From Candidatus Poribacteria bacterium (GTDB lineage Bacteria > Poribacteria > WGA-4E > WGA-3G), in assembly GCA_964291315.2 (NCBI GenBank), contig OZ219750.1:586351-650350 (forward strand): 64,000 nucleotides of DNA, written 5' to 3'. The position numbers were made by a program, and so were the translations under genes. This document shows positions 48,923-58,655 of the stretch, piece after piece (the first letter of the stretch is position 1; each line of letters opens with the position of its first letter). The notes under the pieces were generated by a model. That model saw only the letters and a program-made list of their open reading frames with translations, did not search any database and was not told the origin of the DNA.

Positions 48923-49951
48923 CTAAACGTTTTGATATTGTGCCAGTGTTCTTCGGATAACCTCGATTCCATCTTCCATGTACTCTCGATTCGGCGGAAG
49001 GTAGTCTTGCAGGCTTTCCCAGTCGTATTCGTTCTGTTTTGCGTTGTTGTGCCGAAAGAGAATCTTGGTGCCGTAATCTCGGATTTCATTAATTGTCCAT
49101 TCGTAGATATAGAAGCCAAAAATATCCGCATATAGAGAGGCTTTCTCTTCGCTCTCGGTAAGATACCTTTCCAAAACCACCTCAAACCGTTCCCCCGTGA
49201 AGGCGACCAAATCTTTTTCGGGTGGACCTAAACACACACTATCCCAATCGATTAAATGAAGTCGATTCTCGAGATCTAGGATGAGGTTGCCAGGGGTCGG
49301 ATCGCCGTGTGTAATGACGAAAGGAATCTGTAATGCTGCTGCCGAGTGTCCAAGACTTTCGTATCTTTCGAGGGTCTGCAGAATCTCTGATTTGTGTTGT
49401 ATGAGTAATTCAAGGAGCTGTTTCTGATATTGGTTCTGCGGTGTTGTTTTTTTCGAAGGTGCCTCAAGGACTGTGTGAAATTCATGTCGTAAAGGTAGAT
49501 CGTATTTTGCTGATGTAAGATGATTGGATGCGATTGTATTTGAACAGCCATGGATTGTTGCAAGTAAGGCTCCTGTTTCTGAAAGTTGGGTGTCCGTGAA
49601 ATCTGCTCCGGCTTTCCACAGATCCCAGCGAGTTTTACCTTCAATGAACGGAAACAGCGAGACTTGGAAGTGTTGCCATGCCATAGTTTGTTGCCCGTCT
49701 TGTGTTTTCAAAGGTGCCACGATACCGGATATGTTGCATTGGTGCCGCAAGAGTGAGGCTACATGCAAGCGACTGCTTGGCACAGAAGTTGAGGCTTTGG
49801 CAAAATATTTTTCACCTGTTTCGGAAGCAATAATGTAACCGTAACTATCTTCACCCTCAGGAAGAAAGGTTATCGACTGCAACGGTAGCTTGTAGGCAGT
49901 AACGAGGTGTTTCAGTAATTCTCTTTTATCAAAAGCATTATCAACTTTCAT
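48923..49951 (-). CDS. Aminoglycoside phosphotransferase (APH)/choline-kinase-like family protein
   Basis: LFPFIEG; THGDPTPGNLI; LIDWD....GPPEKDL. Confidence 0.85.
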   Translation of the reverse strand: MKVDNAFDKRELLKHLVTAYKLPLQSITFLPEGEDSYGYIIASETGEKYFAKASTSVPSSRLHVASLLRHQCNISGIVAPLKTQDGQQTMAWQHFQVSLFPFIEGKTRWDLWKAGADFTDTQLSETGALLATIHGCSNTIASNHLTSAKYDLPLRHEFHTVLEAPSKKTTPQNQYQKQLLELLIQHKSEILQTLERYESLGHSAAALQIPFVITHGDPTPGNLILDLENRLHLIDWDSVCLGPPEKDLVAFTGERFEVVLERYLTESEEKASLYADIFGFYIYEWTINEIRDYGTKILFRHNNAKQNEYDWESLQDYLPPNREYMEDGIEVIRRTLAQYQNV

Positions 49952-49977
49952 AAAAAGCCCGTTAAGAATCGGAAAAT

Positions 49978-50748
49978 TTATCTGAATTTCTCAAAATAAG
50001 TATCAATCTCATCCCTTAATTCAAGACCTGCTTTCTCAAAGGCATCTAGCAGATCTGTGTAACTGCCTTCACCACCCAAAAAATCCCAGAGATTTTCTGC
50101 TATCAAAACTTCGTGGTTTAGGTCTAACATCCCTTTCATTGTCCATCGTTTATATTCTTTGGGTGCATAAGGGTTGTAGGGGATCCCGATCATTGTGTTT
50201 ACAACAACACTGGGATCTCGGGCTAATTCAGCGGCACCCCATTCCAATAGTGTTCGTTTGAATTTCTCGAAATTTCCTTTGTTAGGTTTCACAGTTTTCA
50301 GATCGATTAAAAACAATTCATCTTCATGGTTTTCGATCCAGACATCTACTTGAGTCAATTTAACTGTTTCTAAGGTGCCAGTGCAGCAAACTTCTCTGAT
50401 CTTTTCTATTTCTATAGATTTGTCGGGATCTCTATTAGCCGCCGTTAATTCATTCATTATAGTCTGAATTTGCTTGTGTGCTTCCGAGCTAATTTTGTTA
50501 AAGGGTTTAACTTGTGTTTCTACGACCTTAAACCTTTACCTCGCCAGGGCAATAGCCACTGGCTCATAAATCGATACACCAAATGTTGTATTCAAGGACT
50601 GGATAAATGAAAATAAAGCCATTCTATCCTTACCGAGCAAACGGTAGTGAAATGGCATTTTATCAGTTTCAGGCTTATAATACCGAAATTTAGTCCTTAG
50701 ACACTTTTTAATTGTTTCTTTAATTGCTGTTTGTCGTTGTAAGGGCAT
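49978..50748 (-). pseudogene. TdeIII/MjaII-like type II restriction endonuclease interrupted by one in-frame TAA (50536-50538)
   Basis: MPFHYRLLG.DRMALFSFIQSLNTTFG.SIYEPVA...*RFKVVETQ...DLKTVKPN...IGIPYNPY; both ORF-track halves lie in the same frame. Confidence 0.85.
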
Positions 50749-50751
50749 CCG

Positions 50752-52326
50752 TCAATTCCTTTTTTCTTTCAAGTGAAATATCGTTTCGGAATATGCTGCT
50801 TCTCGATTTTTTTCAGTTCGGTTTAAGACGGGGCGTTTGTATTGGTTGACAATGCACATCCCCGCTATTTCAGCGATAGTCGGATACATGTTAAACTTAT
50901 CGTTTGCGACTACAAAGACATCGTAATCATCGGCCAAAAACCGCTTACAGTTTTTGAAAACTTCCGCTGTGCCGTGAATATATGTTTTTCTTGCTTCTCT
51001 TCCTTTTCCTCTAGATAAGGGACCAATTTCTAATTCATCTAGCCGTTTGAATCCAAAGAGATCATAAGCGTAGGCATGTTGCTCGTGGTAGTTGATGAGG
51101 CCAACATACGGTGGGCTAGTAAAAATACCCTTAATCAGTTGTTTTTGGCAAGTTTCTGTGAATTGCGAATCTACCTGTTTTAGCGTAGCGAAGATGTCGA
51201 TTGTCCGTGAATCACCGGTGATACAGTGTTGAAAGGTATCCGTTTTTAATTTACTGAACTCAGACCATCGTGCTATGCTGTCTTTATTATATCGCTCCCA
51301 CCATCTCAGGATTGAAAAGAGCGGTTTGCAAACTTTCCCATGTTTCCGACAATAATAGGTCGTCGTTACAGGCTGCCGCAATGTACCTAAATCTGCGTGT
51401 GTTGTGGCTCTACAGGAACGGATGGTACGGCTTAAAATGAGCTTCAAAGCTTTTTGTGTTGACAGATCTTCCACTTTGCGAATTGCGTTGTGAACAAAAT
51501 CGATCTCTGTCCTGACCCCGAGAAAATACCACGTTTTCATGAAACGATCGGTGTCACTAAGTATCTGTGTGTCAATTTGGTACTCGGCGACAAGTTTATG
51601 GTATGTTTCTAAAAAAATGGATTCTTTCTCAGCTCCATACTGCTTCTGATCTATTTCACCCGATCTGACTTGGCGTTTGAAAGAGGCTGGAAAGTGTTGA
51701 TTATTGAAATCTACAAGCATTTCTGAGAGTTTAGCTTCAAATTCGGTTACCCCAGATGTAGCGACGAAATTTTTGAGCGATGCTGTGATTTTTTGGCTTT
51801 CTTCATACAGATGAGTCAAATTATATGTTCCGACTTTACCGTTGCTGATGAAGGCATTAAATGCTGAAACGTCAATGCCAATCGCGTGCATACCCAATTC
51901 GTTGGCTTGTACCAAGGTAGTCCCACTTCCGCAAAATGGGTCAAGCACAATATCGCTCGGCTGAAAATAGACATCTCGCTTAAAACTGTCAGTATGCAAA
52001 TCCAAGAAATAGGCTACCAGCTGTGGAATAAATTTGCCTTTATACGGATGTAACCGGTGAACGTGTTTTGTTGTTTCTGCCTCTTTAACCTTTTCAAAAG
52101 CCAATGTCCAATTTAAATCGTCTCCGAGCTGGTCCTTCCATCGCGTCTCTCTACAACTCAGGCTGTAGTAATCCACAAGACTTTGCATGGGAACTAACGT
52201 TACGCTATTGCTAACAACGGATTCAATCCTCCCATATTGGATTAAATAGGAGATATTTGACGATGTAACATTTTTGCTGAGATGTTCTGAAGCCCATTTG
52301 CTTGCTTGTTTAAGCGTCAAGAGCAT
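50752..52326 (-). CDS. Amino-type DNA methyltransferase (alpha order, probably N4-C) with N-terminal HTH
   Basis: HPYKGKFIPQLV; motif I DPFCGSGTT precedes motif IV TSPPY; N-terminal LTLKQAS.WAS...NISYLIQYGRI; start set at the ATG behind a GAGGGG RBS. Confidence 0.9.
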   Translation of the reverse strand: MLLTLKQASKWASEHLSKNVTSSNISYLIQYGRIESVVSNSVTLVPMQSLVDYYSLSCRETRWKDQLGDDLNWTLAFEKVKEAETTKHVHRLHPYKGKFIPQLVAYFLDLHTDSFKRDVYFQPSDIVLDPFCGSGTTLVQANELGMHAIGIDVSAFNAFISNGKVGTYNLTHLYEESQKITASLKNFVATSGVTEFEAKLSEMLVDFNNQHFPASFKRQVRSGEIDQKQYGAEKESIFLETYHKLVAEYQIDTQILSDTDRFMKTWYFLGVRTEIDFVHNAIRKVEDLSTQKALKLILSRTIRSCRATTHADLGTLRQPVTTTYYCRKHGKVCKPLFSILRWWERYNKDSIARWSEFSKLKTDTFQHCITGDSRTIDIFATLKQVDSQFTETCQKQLIKGIFTSPPYVGLINYHEQHAYAYDLFGFKRLDELEIGPLSRGKGREARKTYIHGTAEVFKNCKRFLADDYDVFVVANDKFNMYPTIAEIAGMCIVNQYKRPVLNRTEKNREAAYSETIFHLKEKRN

Positions 52327-52422
52327 TTCTATATCTACCCCTCTATCATATATTTTTTTATTAAAGAACCGTTTGTATTTGTAAAGTAGAGAAGAGCTGT
52401 CCACTTGACGTGGCAGAGCTTT

Positions 52423-52863
52423 TCAATCTGTTGCCGGGGAATCTACTTTCTTAAGAACTACTCTGCTTGGGCTCTCCAACTCTAGTGTTTTGGCGATATT
52501 CCCGCTATTAATCGCGATTTTAAAGCGTTTCGTGGTGGTCGAAAACCGGCCTAAATAGTCACCTACAGGAACATCTCCATAGTTTTCAACTAATTTTATC
52601 TGAATTTTCTGCCCGGTTGCAAAGGTTACTTTGAGCGTATCGCCAAGTTCCCAGCCACGCGTGATAAACGGTGCAATTACTAAGTCAGTCACAGCGTTAC
52701 CGTGGTCGTCTATCTCGGTGATTGCCCCAATGAGCTGGGTCGATTGAGAGAACTCCGTCCCGCCCTTTGTGTGACTGCATCCAATAAGGAATATTGTTGT
52801 CATAAAAGGGCATATAAGTGCTAACTTCCAGTAATACAAACAAGATTGATAGTAGTATCTCAC
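52423..52863 (-). CDS. Stand-alone C-terminal domain of the SAM hydroxide adenosyltransferase / fluorinase-chlorinase (DUF62) family, probable lipoprotein
   Basis: G.I..IDDHGN..TDL, YGDVP.G, IAINSGN.A..L.L; N-terminal hydrophobic stretch ending LIGC. Confidence 0.7.
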   Translation of the reverse strand: MRYYYQSCLYYWKLALICPFMTTIFLIGCSHTKGGTEFSQSTQLIGAITEIDDHGNAVTDLVIAPFITRGWELGDTLKVTFATGQKIQIKLVENYGDVPVGDYLGRFSTTTKRFKIAINSGNIAKTLELESPSRVVLKKVDSPATD

Positions 52864-52953
52864 TACAATACCTCCATAGCGTTTTAGAAAACTCTCTTAA
52901 GTATAAGTGGAATGATAGGCAAGTGTCAAGCGGAAGTAACAAGACAATTCAAT

Positions 52954-52982
52954 TTGACACATAAATAGATTTGTGGTACGCT
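52954..52982 (+). promoter_or_regulatory. sigma70 promoter (a divergent partner TTGACA-N18-TATACT lies on the minus strand near 52900-52929)
   Basis: TTGACA-N17-TACGCT with TGn extension. Confidence 0.55.
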
Positions 52983-53081
52983 CTTCTTCGGTGTAAGTTT
53001 CTTCAGAGATGATAAATAATCAATACTAGCGGTGGTCAAAAGATCACTGATTAGCAAAGTAGCCTCAATTACAAAATTGAG

Positions 53082-54212
53082 GTGTTGGAGATGAATATGT
53101 CGAGAAAAATAAATTGTTATGATAGATTTTCAAAACTTGTCTCTTTTGTGAAAACAGGGATTCTGTTATTGGGGATACTGTTGAGTTTTTCGAGTTGTGA
53201 AAAAATACAAATGTCGATGATACCAGATGCCATTGCCCCGGATGCGGAGCCGCTTACAGTGATGACCTATAACGTTTATGTCGGTAGCAGTGTAGATGCA
53301 CTTTTGGCCGTAGAGAATGTATTGCAAGTGCCGACGGAAGTTGCTAACATATACAACAACGTCATAGCATCTGATTTCCCAGGGCGCGCTGCAGCGATCG
53401 CTGAATCTATAAAACTGTATCGTCCGCATCTCATCGGTTTGCAAGAGATTTCGCTAATTCGGCGACAGAGCCCGGGGGATCGCATTGCGGGCGGGACTGT
53501 TCCAGCTGAAGAAGTTGTCATAGATTTTCTCCAAGTCCTGATGGACGCTCTTCAATCAGAAGGTTTAAACTATCGGGTTGCTGCCCAGGTCCAAAACATT
53601 GATGTCGAAATGCCAATGTTCACTGATGCCGGGATAGTCGATGTCCGCTTGACCGATTTTGATGTAATTTTGGCTCGCAGCGATGTTGTGACATCACGTC
53701 CTGTGAGTGCGAACTATGCAAATCTGCTTACAATCGACATGCTTGCTCTTGAAGTTCAGAGGGGGTATACGGCCGTAGATGCTACTGTTGACGGTGTCAC
53801 TTATCGTTTTGTGAACACACACTTAGAGGCGTTTGTACAGGAGAGTCGGGAGGCACAAGCGCAAGAATTGATTGATGTTCTCGGAGACGAAACCTTACCG
53901 ATTATTTTGTTAGGGGATTTTAATACAAGGGCAACTGACGGTGCTGCTTATCAAACTTTACTATCAGCAGGATATTCTGATGTTTGGCAGCTGGATTCCG
54001 AAGAGACTGGGGACACTTGTTGTCAAGAAAACGACCTCTTAAATGAGATGAATGCTCTCTCTATACGGATTGACCAGATTTTCGTCCGTAACTTGGAGCT
54101 TCCTGCTTCTATTCGAACACATACTGTGGGGGATAAACCCTCGGAGCGGTTGACCTCTGGATTGTGGCCTTCTGACCATGCCGGTGTTGTCGCACATCTG
54201 GCGTTTCAGTAA
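53082..54212 (+). CDS. Endonuclease/exonuclease/phosphatase family lipoprotein
   Basis: Lipobox FSSC; MTYNVY, GLQE, NTHLE, GDFN, RIDQIF, SDHAGV. Confidence 0.88.
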   Translation: MLEMNMSRKINCYDRFSKLVSFVKTGILLLGILLSFSSCEKIQMSMIPDAIAPDAEPLTVMTYNVYVGSSVDALLAVENVLQVPTEVANIYNNVIASDFPGRAAAIAESIKLYRPHLIGLQEISLIRRQSPGDRIAGGTVPAEEVVIDFLQVLMDALQSEGLNYRVAAQVQNIDVEMPMFTDAGIVDVRLTDFDVILARSDVVTSRPVSANYANLLTIDMLALEVQRGYTAVDATVDGVTYRFVNTHLEAFVQESREAQAQELIDVLGDETLPIILLGDFNTRATDGAAYQTLLSAGYSDVWQLDSEETGDTCCQENDLLNEMNALSIRIDQIFVRNLELPASIRTHTVGDKPSERLTSGLWPSDHAGVVAHLAFQ

Positions 54213-54305
54213 CAAAATTGGCTTAGTTCTTAAACGAAGTAAGGTGTGCTAAAATAGCAATTGAAATTCTGTCGAAGCACGATTTTTGTTTGAGATGTTT
54301 TGTAC

Positions 54306-55475
54306 TTACTCAGATTTACTAATCTCAGGTGCTATTTTAGTTGGGTAAGCCTTCCTCTGCCCGTCACTAATTTGGAAGACATTGATACTTTTGACAGGGT
54401 GGCGGTTCTCGTCGAAGTAAGAAATGCTTGTGGCTCCCTCGTAATCGGTTATCGCAGCAATTGCGTCCCGAATCACTACTGGATCTGTCGATTCCGCTGC
54501 CTGAAGTGCAATTGCTAATATTTTCATGGCATCGTAGCCACTTGCGGCCATTCCGTTAGCGGGGGTTTCAAACATGGTTTCGTATGCAGAGATAAATTCT
54601 ACTTTATCCGGATCAAAGTGTGTACAATAATAGGTGTTTTCAAGCGATGTGTTATCTTCCAAGACCTTGAACATCAATGAATCGTCCATACCATCGCTGC
54701 CAATAAAGATGGATTCGATTCCCATGTCTCTCGCTTGTTTCATTATAAGCGGGTTTTCCGGTGGGAAACTTGCGAGAAAGAGTACATCCGGGTCCGCCTC
54801 TCTGATGGCTATGAGCTGTGTTTCGAACGTCGTGTCGTCTTTTTCGTAGGTTTCCTTGGCAAGGATGCTGCCGCCGAGTTCTTGGAAGTTAGCATCGAAT
54901 GCTTTAATGAAACCGATAGAATAGACATCTTCGTTCTGCCAGATCATTGCAGCTGTTTTCGCCCCGAGTTCACTAACTGCGAATTGTGCCATAAGTTTTG
55001 CCTGCAACACATTGGAACTTGCTGCGAGGAAAAGGAAGTCACCGGTGTCCGTTACGTTTGCGCCTGTTGCGCCCGGGAGTACCGGGACCGTAGCAACGGG
55101 TCCAACTTTCACGGCATGACTTGAAAACAGCGGTCCCAAAATTGCCACTACCTTTTCTTGTGTAATTAAGTCTGTAGCGGATTGAACAACGTTTTCGGTG
55201 AGCTCCTCTCTATAGACAAACTCGACTTGCCTCCCTAGAACGCCGCCTGCTTGATTGATCTCGGATAGAGCAAGTTCTGCGCCTTCACCAAAATTTGGAT
55301 AGAGTGGATATGGACGAATCACGCCTACTTTCAGCGTAGGCACAATGTCGGTGTCGGATGGAGGGACCATTTCATCAGTTATTCCTATGTCCTGGATCCT
55401 ATTGCACGCGGACAGCAGCACGCCCGAGAGTAGAACGAGCACACACATTGACAATTTAAAAATTTTCAAATTCAC
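54306..55475 (-). CDS. Branched-chain amino acid-type ABC substrate-binding lipoprotein (orphan)
   Basis: Lipobox LSAC; GAELAL.EINQAGGVLGR; AILGP..S; GYDAM. Confidence 0.88.
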   Translation of the reverse strand: MNLKIFKLSMCVLVLLSGVLLSACNRIQDIGITDEMVPPSDTDIVPTLKVGVIRPYPLYPNFGEGAELALSEINQAGGVLGRQVEFVYREELTENVVQSATDLITQEKVVAILGPLFSSHAVKVGPVATVPVLPGATGANVTDTGDFLFLAASSNVLQAKLMAQFAVSELGAKTAAMIWQNEDVYSIGFIKAFDANFQELGGSILAKETYEKDDTTFETQLIAIREADPDVLFLASFPPENPLIMKQARDMGIESIFIGSDGMDDSLMFKVLEDNTSLENTYYCTHFDPDKVEFISAYETMFETPANGMAASGYDAMKILAIALQAAESTDPVVIRDAIAAITDYEGATSISYFDENRHPVKSINVFQISDGQRKAYPTKIAPEISKSE

Positions 55476-55609
55476 GAGATTCTCCTCTTGTAGTCAAATG
55501 AAATACATAAAATTGGGAGTACACTGTTCTTTCTGGTTTGAGGCTAAACCGGTTTAGGAGAGCTGACTTCGGTTATATGATATAATGCGAACGGTGTCTC
55601 AGAGGTAGA

Positions 55610-58579
55610 TTAATTCCGGGCTTCGGGTGTAACTGTCAACTTTACTCGTTTCGCGTCTCGTAGAACGACAACTTCGACAGGGTTACCGATTTTCACCGCA
55701 TCAAGGGCATAGGTGTAGTCGTAGATATTGGTAATTTTCTGTCCTCCAAGTTCTACGATAACATCGCCTCCTTTTAAACCTGCTTTCTCGGCAGGTCCGC
55801 CGGCGCGAACGCCTGAGAGTCTGACACCTGTCTCTTCTGTTGTATAGTCCGGGATTGTGCCAAGATACGCGCGCAGCGTCTCCCTACTCCCTTCTTCTGG
55901 TTGATTCCGCTCAACCCGAACATATTCCGGACGCTCTGTGCCACTAATTAAATCCAAAATGATGCCGTATGCGAATTTGGAGATCCGGTCAAGTCCGTCA
56001 TAATTAAGCGTTTCTATGTCATCCGTTGGACGGTTATAGTCCTCATGTCCGCCCGTGAAAAAGCTGAGTACCGGTACCTCTTTCGAATAGAAGGCAGTCG
56101 TGTCTGTCGGTAGGTAAGGATCTGTTTGTAGCATCAGATTAAAACCGATTGGAACGTTCCGTTTTTCAATCAGCTTGGTCCATACGGACGATGAGCCGAC
56201 CCCTTGTAAGATAAGCTTATTTTCACGGAGGCGTCCTACCATATCAAAGTTGACATATGCAGTTACTTTCTCTAAAGGGATGATCGGGTGGTTGGCGAAA
56301 TGGGTTGATCCGATAAGGCCAAGTTCTTCTCCAGACCAGAGTGCAAAGATAACGCCTCTGCCAAATTTCTCAGGGTGTTCTCGGTGAGCTCTACTGAGGG
56401 TTAGTGCCAATTCTAATACAACAGCAGTTCCAGAGGCATTGTCATCTGCCCCGTTGTGAATTTGCCCCACTTCCTCCTTTCTTGCGAGAGAGCCGATTTC
56501 ACCGTAACCGATATGGTCATAGTGTGCTCCGACAACGACGTATTCGGTGCTATCTGTTAACCCTTGTGGTGGGAGAAGGGCGACTACATTCTGAGCGGTT
56601 TTCTTCACTTTTTCTATAGAGGCGACGATTTTGACTTTGACATCGGGCAACGGAAATTGCCCTACGAAGTGCGGGTTTTCCATATCAAGCCCGGATTGAA
56701 CGTCTTTTAAATTTCTACCGGACGCGGTGAAGATAGCGTTCGCGACGGTATCCGTTATTGACGCGGCGACGATACCGGAATCCGCGAGGCTGCTGTCAAA
56801 ATCGAGAGGGATCAGTTTGCCAGCATTTGGAGAGTTAGGTCCCGCGACGACGAGAAACGCCTTCGCTCCTTGTTCTCGTGCTTGCATTGCTTTGTAACGG
56901 AGTCCGGCATATCGATTCAATTGCTGTCGACGTTCCGGTTCAACCTCTTCAGGGACATAGCGGAGTGCAACAACAACCTTATCCTTCACATCTAACCCGG
57001 CATAAGCGTCATATCCTTCTCCGAGTTCGCCGGGGACTGATAATCCATATCCAACGAATACTACTTCGCCTTCAACAACGCCGTTACGAGAGAAAGAGAG
57101 CGGTTGGAAGTCTTTTTTTACCCTAAATTCTAATACTTTTTCAGAACCTTGGGTTCGAAGCGTGATATAGAACTTGTTTCCTTCCGGTAGAATCCGCCTG
57201 CCCGCGGTGAACTCGAAAGTTTGAAAATAGTTTTGTGCATCACCAACAGGCTTGAGGTTCAGTTCTTCAAATTGTGTGGCGATGTGTTCCGCAGCGCGTT
57301 TTGCCCCTTCTGAACCAGTCATTCTGCCTTCTAGTGCGTCATCGGCAAGAAATTCGACATGTTGTCGAACGCTCGTTTTCTTTTTATTTCCCGGTTTTGG
57401 GTTAGAAGCCTGTCCTATGAGATGCTCCGGTGAGTGTTTATGTCTCGGTGCTGCTGCAAGTGTTTCCAAAGCAATTTCATGGCCCCATTCTGCGAGATAA
57501 AGCTGTGATACCTCTTGAGTATTGCGGTTGGAGGTCCAACACAGGTGTCTTCCATCGGGCGAGAAGACGGGAAGTCCATCAAATCCTTCGGTTGTCGTAA
57601 CCCGAACGGGTTCGTGCCTACCTTTTGTATCAACAAGATATAGCTCGAAATTTGAAAATCCGGGTTTATTAGAAGCGAAAATAACATAGGTTCCGCTTGG
57701 GTGGAAGTAAGGTGCCCACGACACACTGTCAAAATCGGTCAATCGCTGGATGTTTGAACCATCTACCTGCATCGTGTAGATGTCTGCTTTGCTGCCGTCA
57801 TGTGTAAAGTGGCGCCAGACGATGTGTCGACCATCAGGTGTAAAGAAGGGGCCTCCATCGTATCCGGGGGAGTCTGTCAGACGTCTCTGATTTGACCCGT
57901 CGGCATTCATGATATAAATTTCGCCAAAATAAGATGGATCTACTTCAAGTTGCTTCAACTCTTTAGGAGATAGTTGGCTTTTAGGGTATGCATCCCGCAG
58001 TGAGCAAAAGACGATGTGCTTGCCATCGGGTGAATATGATGCTTCGGCATCGTATCCGGGGGCATCTGTCAGTTGCTTGAGGTTGCTGCCATCACGATTT
58101 GCCGAGAAAATATCCATTGCTGCGTCGTAATCCCAGCTATAGCGGCGTTCTTTTCCTGATGCTCGGAATTTGAGCTCTTCTTCCTGTTTTGTTGTTGCAA
58201 AGGCATCGTGATGTGTTGAAGCGTAAAGCACTTCGTCGGTCCTGGGGCGGAAGAAAGCACAGGTTGTCTTACCAATACCCGGGGAGACGCGGTGCGTATC
58301 ACCCGTCAGTAGGTCTAAAATATAAATTTGGTAGAACGGGTTATCCAGCTCGCGTTCGCTTTGAAAAATGATAGCGTTGCCGTCTTCGGAGAAGTATCCC
58401 TCTCCAGCACGCTTGCCGTCATAGGTGAGTTGTCGAATGTTACTAAGAAATTGTGATTCCTCGGTAGCAAGGTTGGTTTCCGTCTCGTTTGATGTAGCGT
58501 GTTGTGCTACAATATCGCTCGTTAAAAAAATGGCAAGGAGTATTGTGCAGAGCAGGCCGATCGCTTCTATGCAGCGCAT
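55610..58579 (-). CDS. Secreted M28 peptidase with PD40/TolB-like propeller, PA and PDZ domains
   Basis: RAGEGYFS, GYDAEASYSPDG, GAHYDH, GADDNASG, GEELGLIGS, C-terminal YLGTIPDY...GPAEKAGLKGGD. Confidence 0.92.
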   Translation of the reverse strand: MRCIEAIGLLCTILLAIFLTSDIVAQHATSNETETNLATEESQFLSNIRQLTYDGKRAGEGYFSEDGNAIIFQSERELDNPFYQIYILDLLTGDTHRVSPGIGKTTCAFFRPRTDEVLYASTHHDAFATTKQEEELKFRASGKERRYSWDYDAAMDIFSANRDGSNLKQLTDAPGYDAEASYSPDGKHIVFCSLRDAYPKSQLSPKELKQLEVDPSYFGEIYIMNADGSNQRRLTDSPGYDGGPFFTPDGRHIVWRHFTHDGSKADIYTMQVDGSNIQRLTDFDSVSWAPYFHPSGTYVIFASNKPGFSNFELYLVDTKGRHEPVRVTTTEGFDGLPVFSPDGRHLCWTSNRNTQEVSQLYLAEWGHEIALETLAAAPRHKHSPEHLIGQASNPKPGNKKKTSVRQHVEFLADDALEGRMTGSEGAKRAAEHIATQFEELNLKPVGDAQNYFQTFEFTAGRRILPEGNKFYITLRTQGSEKVLEFRVKKDFQPLSFSRNGVVEGEVVFVGYGLSVPGELGEGYDAYAGLDVKDKVVVALRYVPEEVEPERRQQLNRYAGLRYKAMQAREQGAKAFLVVAGPNSPNAGKLIPLDFDSSLADSGIVAASITDTVANAIFTASGRNLKDVQSGLDMENPHFVGQFPLPDVKVKIVASIEKVKKTAQNVVALLPPQGLTDSTEYVVVGAHYDHIGYGEIGSLARKEEVGQIHNGADDNASGTAVVLELALTLSRAHREHPEKFGRGVIFALWSGEELGLIGSTHFANHPIIPLEKVTAYVNFDMVGRLRENKLILQGVGSSSVWTKLIEKRNVPIGFNLMLQTDPYLPTDTTAFYSKEVPVLSFFTGGHEDYNRPTDDIETLNYDGLDRISKFAYGIILDLISGTERPEYVRVERNQPEEGSRETLRAYLGTIPDYTTEETGVRLSGVRAGGPAEKAGLKGGDVIVELGGQKITNIYDYTYALDAVKIGNPVEVVVLRDAKRVKLTVTPEARN

Positions 58580-58615
58580 TTCAATCCCTCCGATTTTAGG
58601 TATGGTACTTTCTAA

Positions 58616-58642
58616 TAGACGTGCGATAAATCGCACTCCTAC
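58616..58642 (-). repeat. GTAG-type REP-like palindrome
   Basis: Minus strand GTAGGAGTGCGATTTATCGCACGTCTA. Confidence 0.7.
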
Positions 58643-58655
58643 GGAAGGGTTGTTG

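Noticed and set aside
48923-49951. Bona fide antibiotic resistance gene
   Set aside because: Only generic APH/kinase motifs are visible; the substrate cannot be assigned from sequence.
50457-50540. Programmed frameshift or two-subunit restriction enzyme
   Set aside because: Both parts are in the same frame (offset 291 nt), separated only by one TAA.
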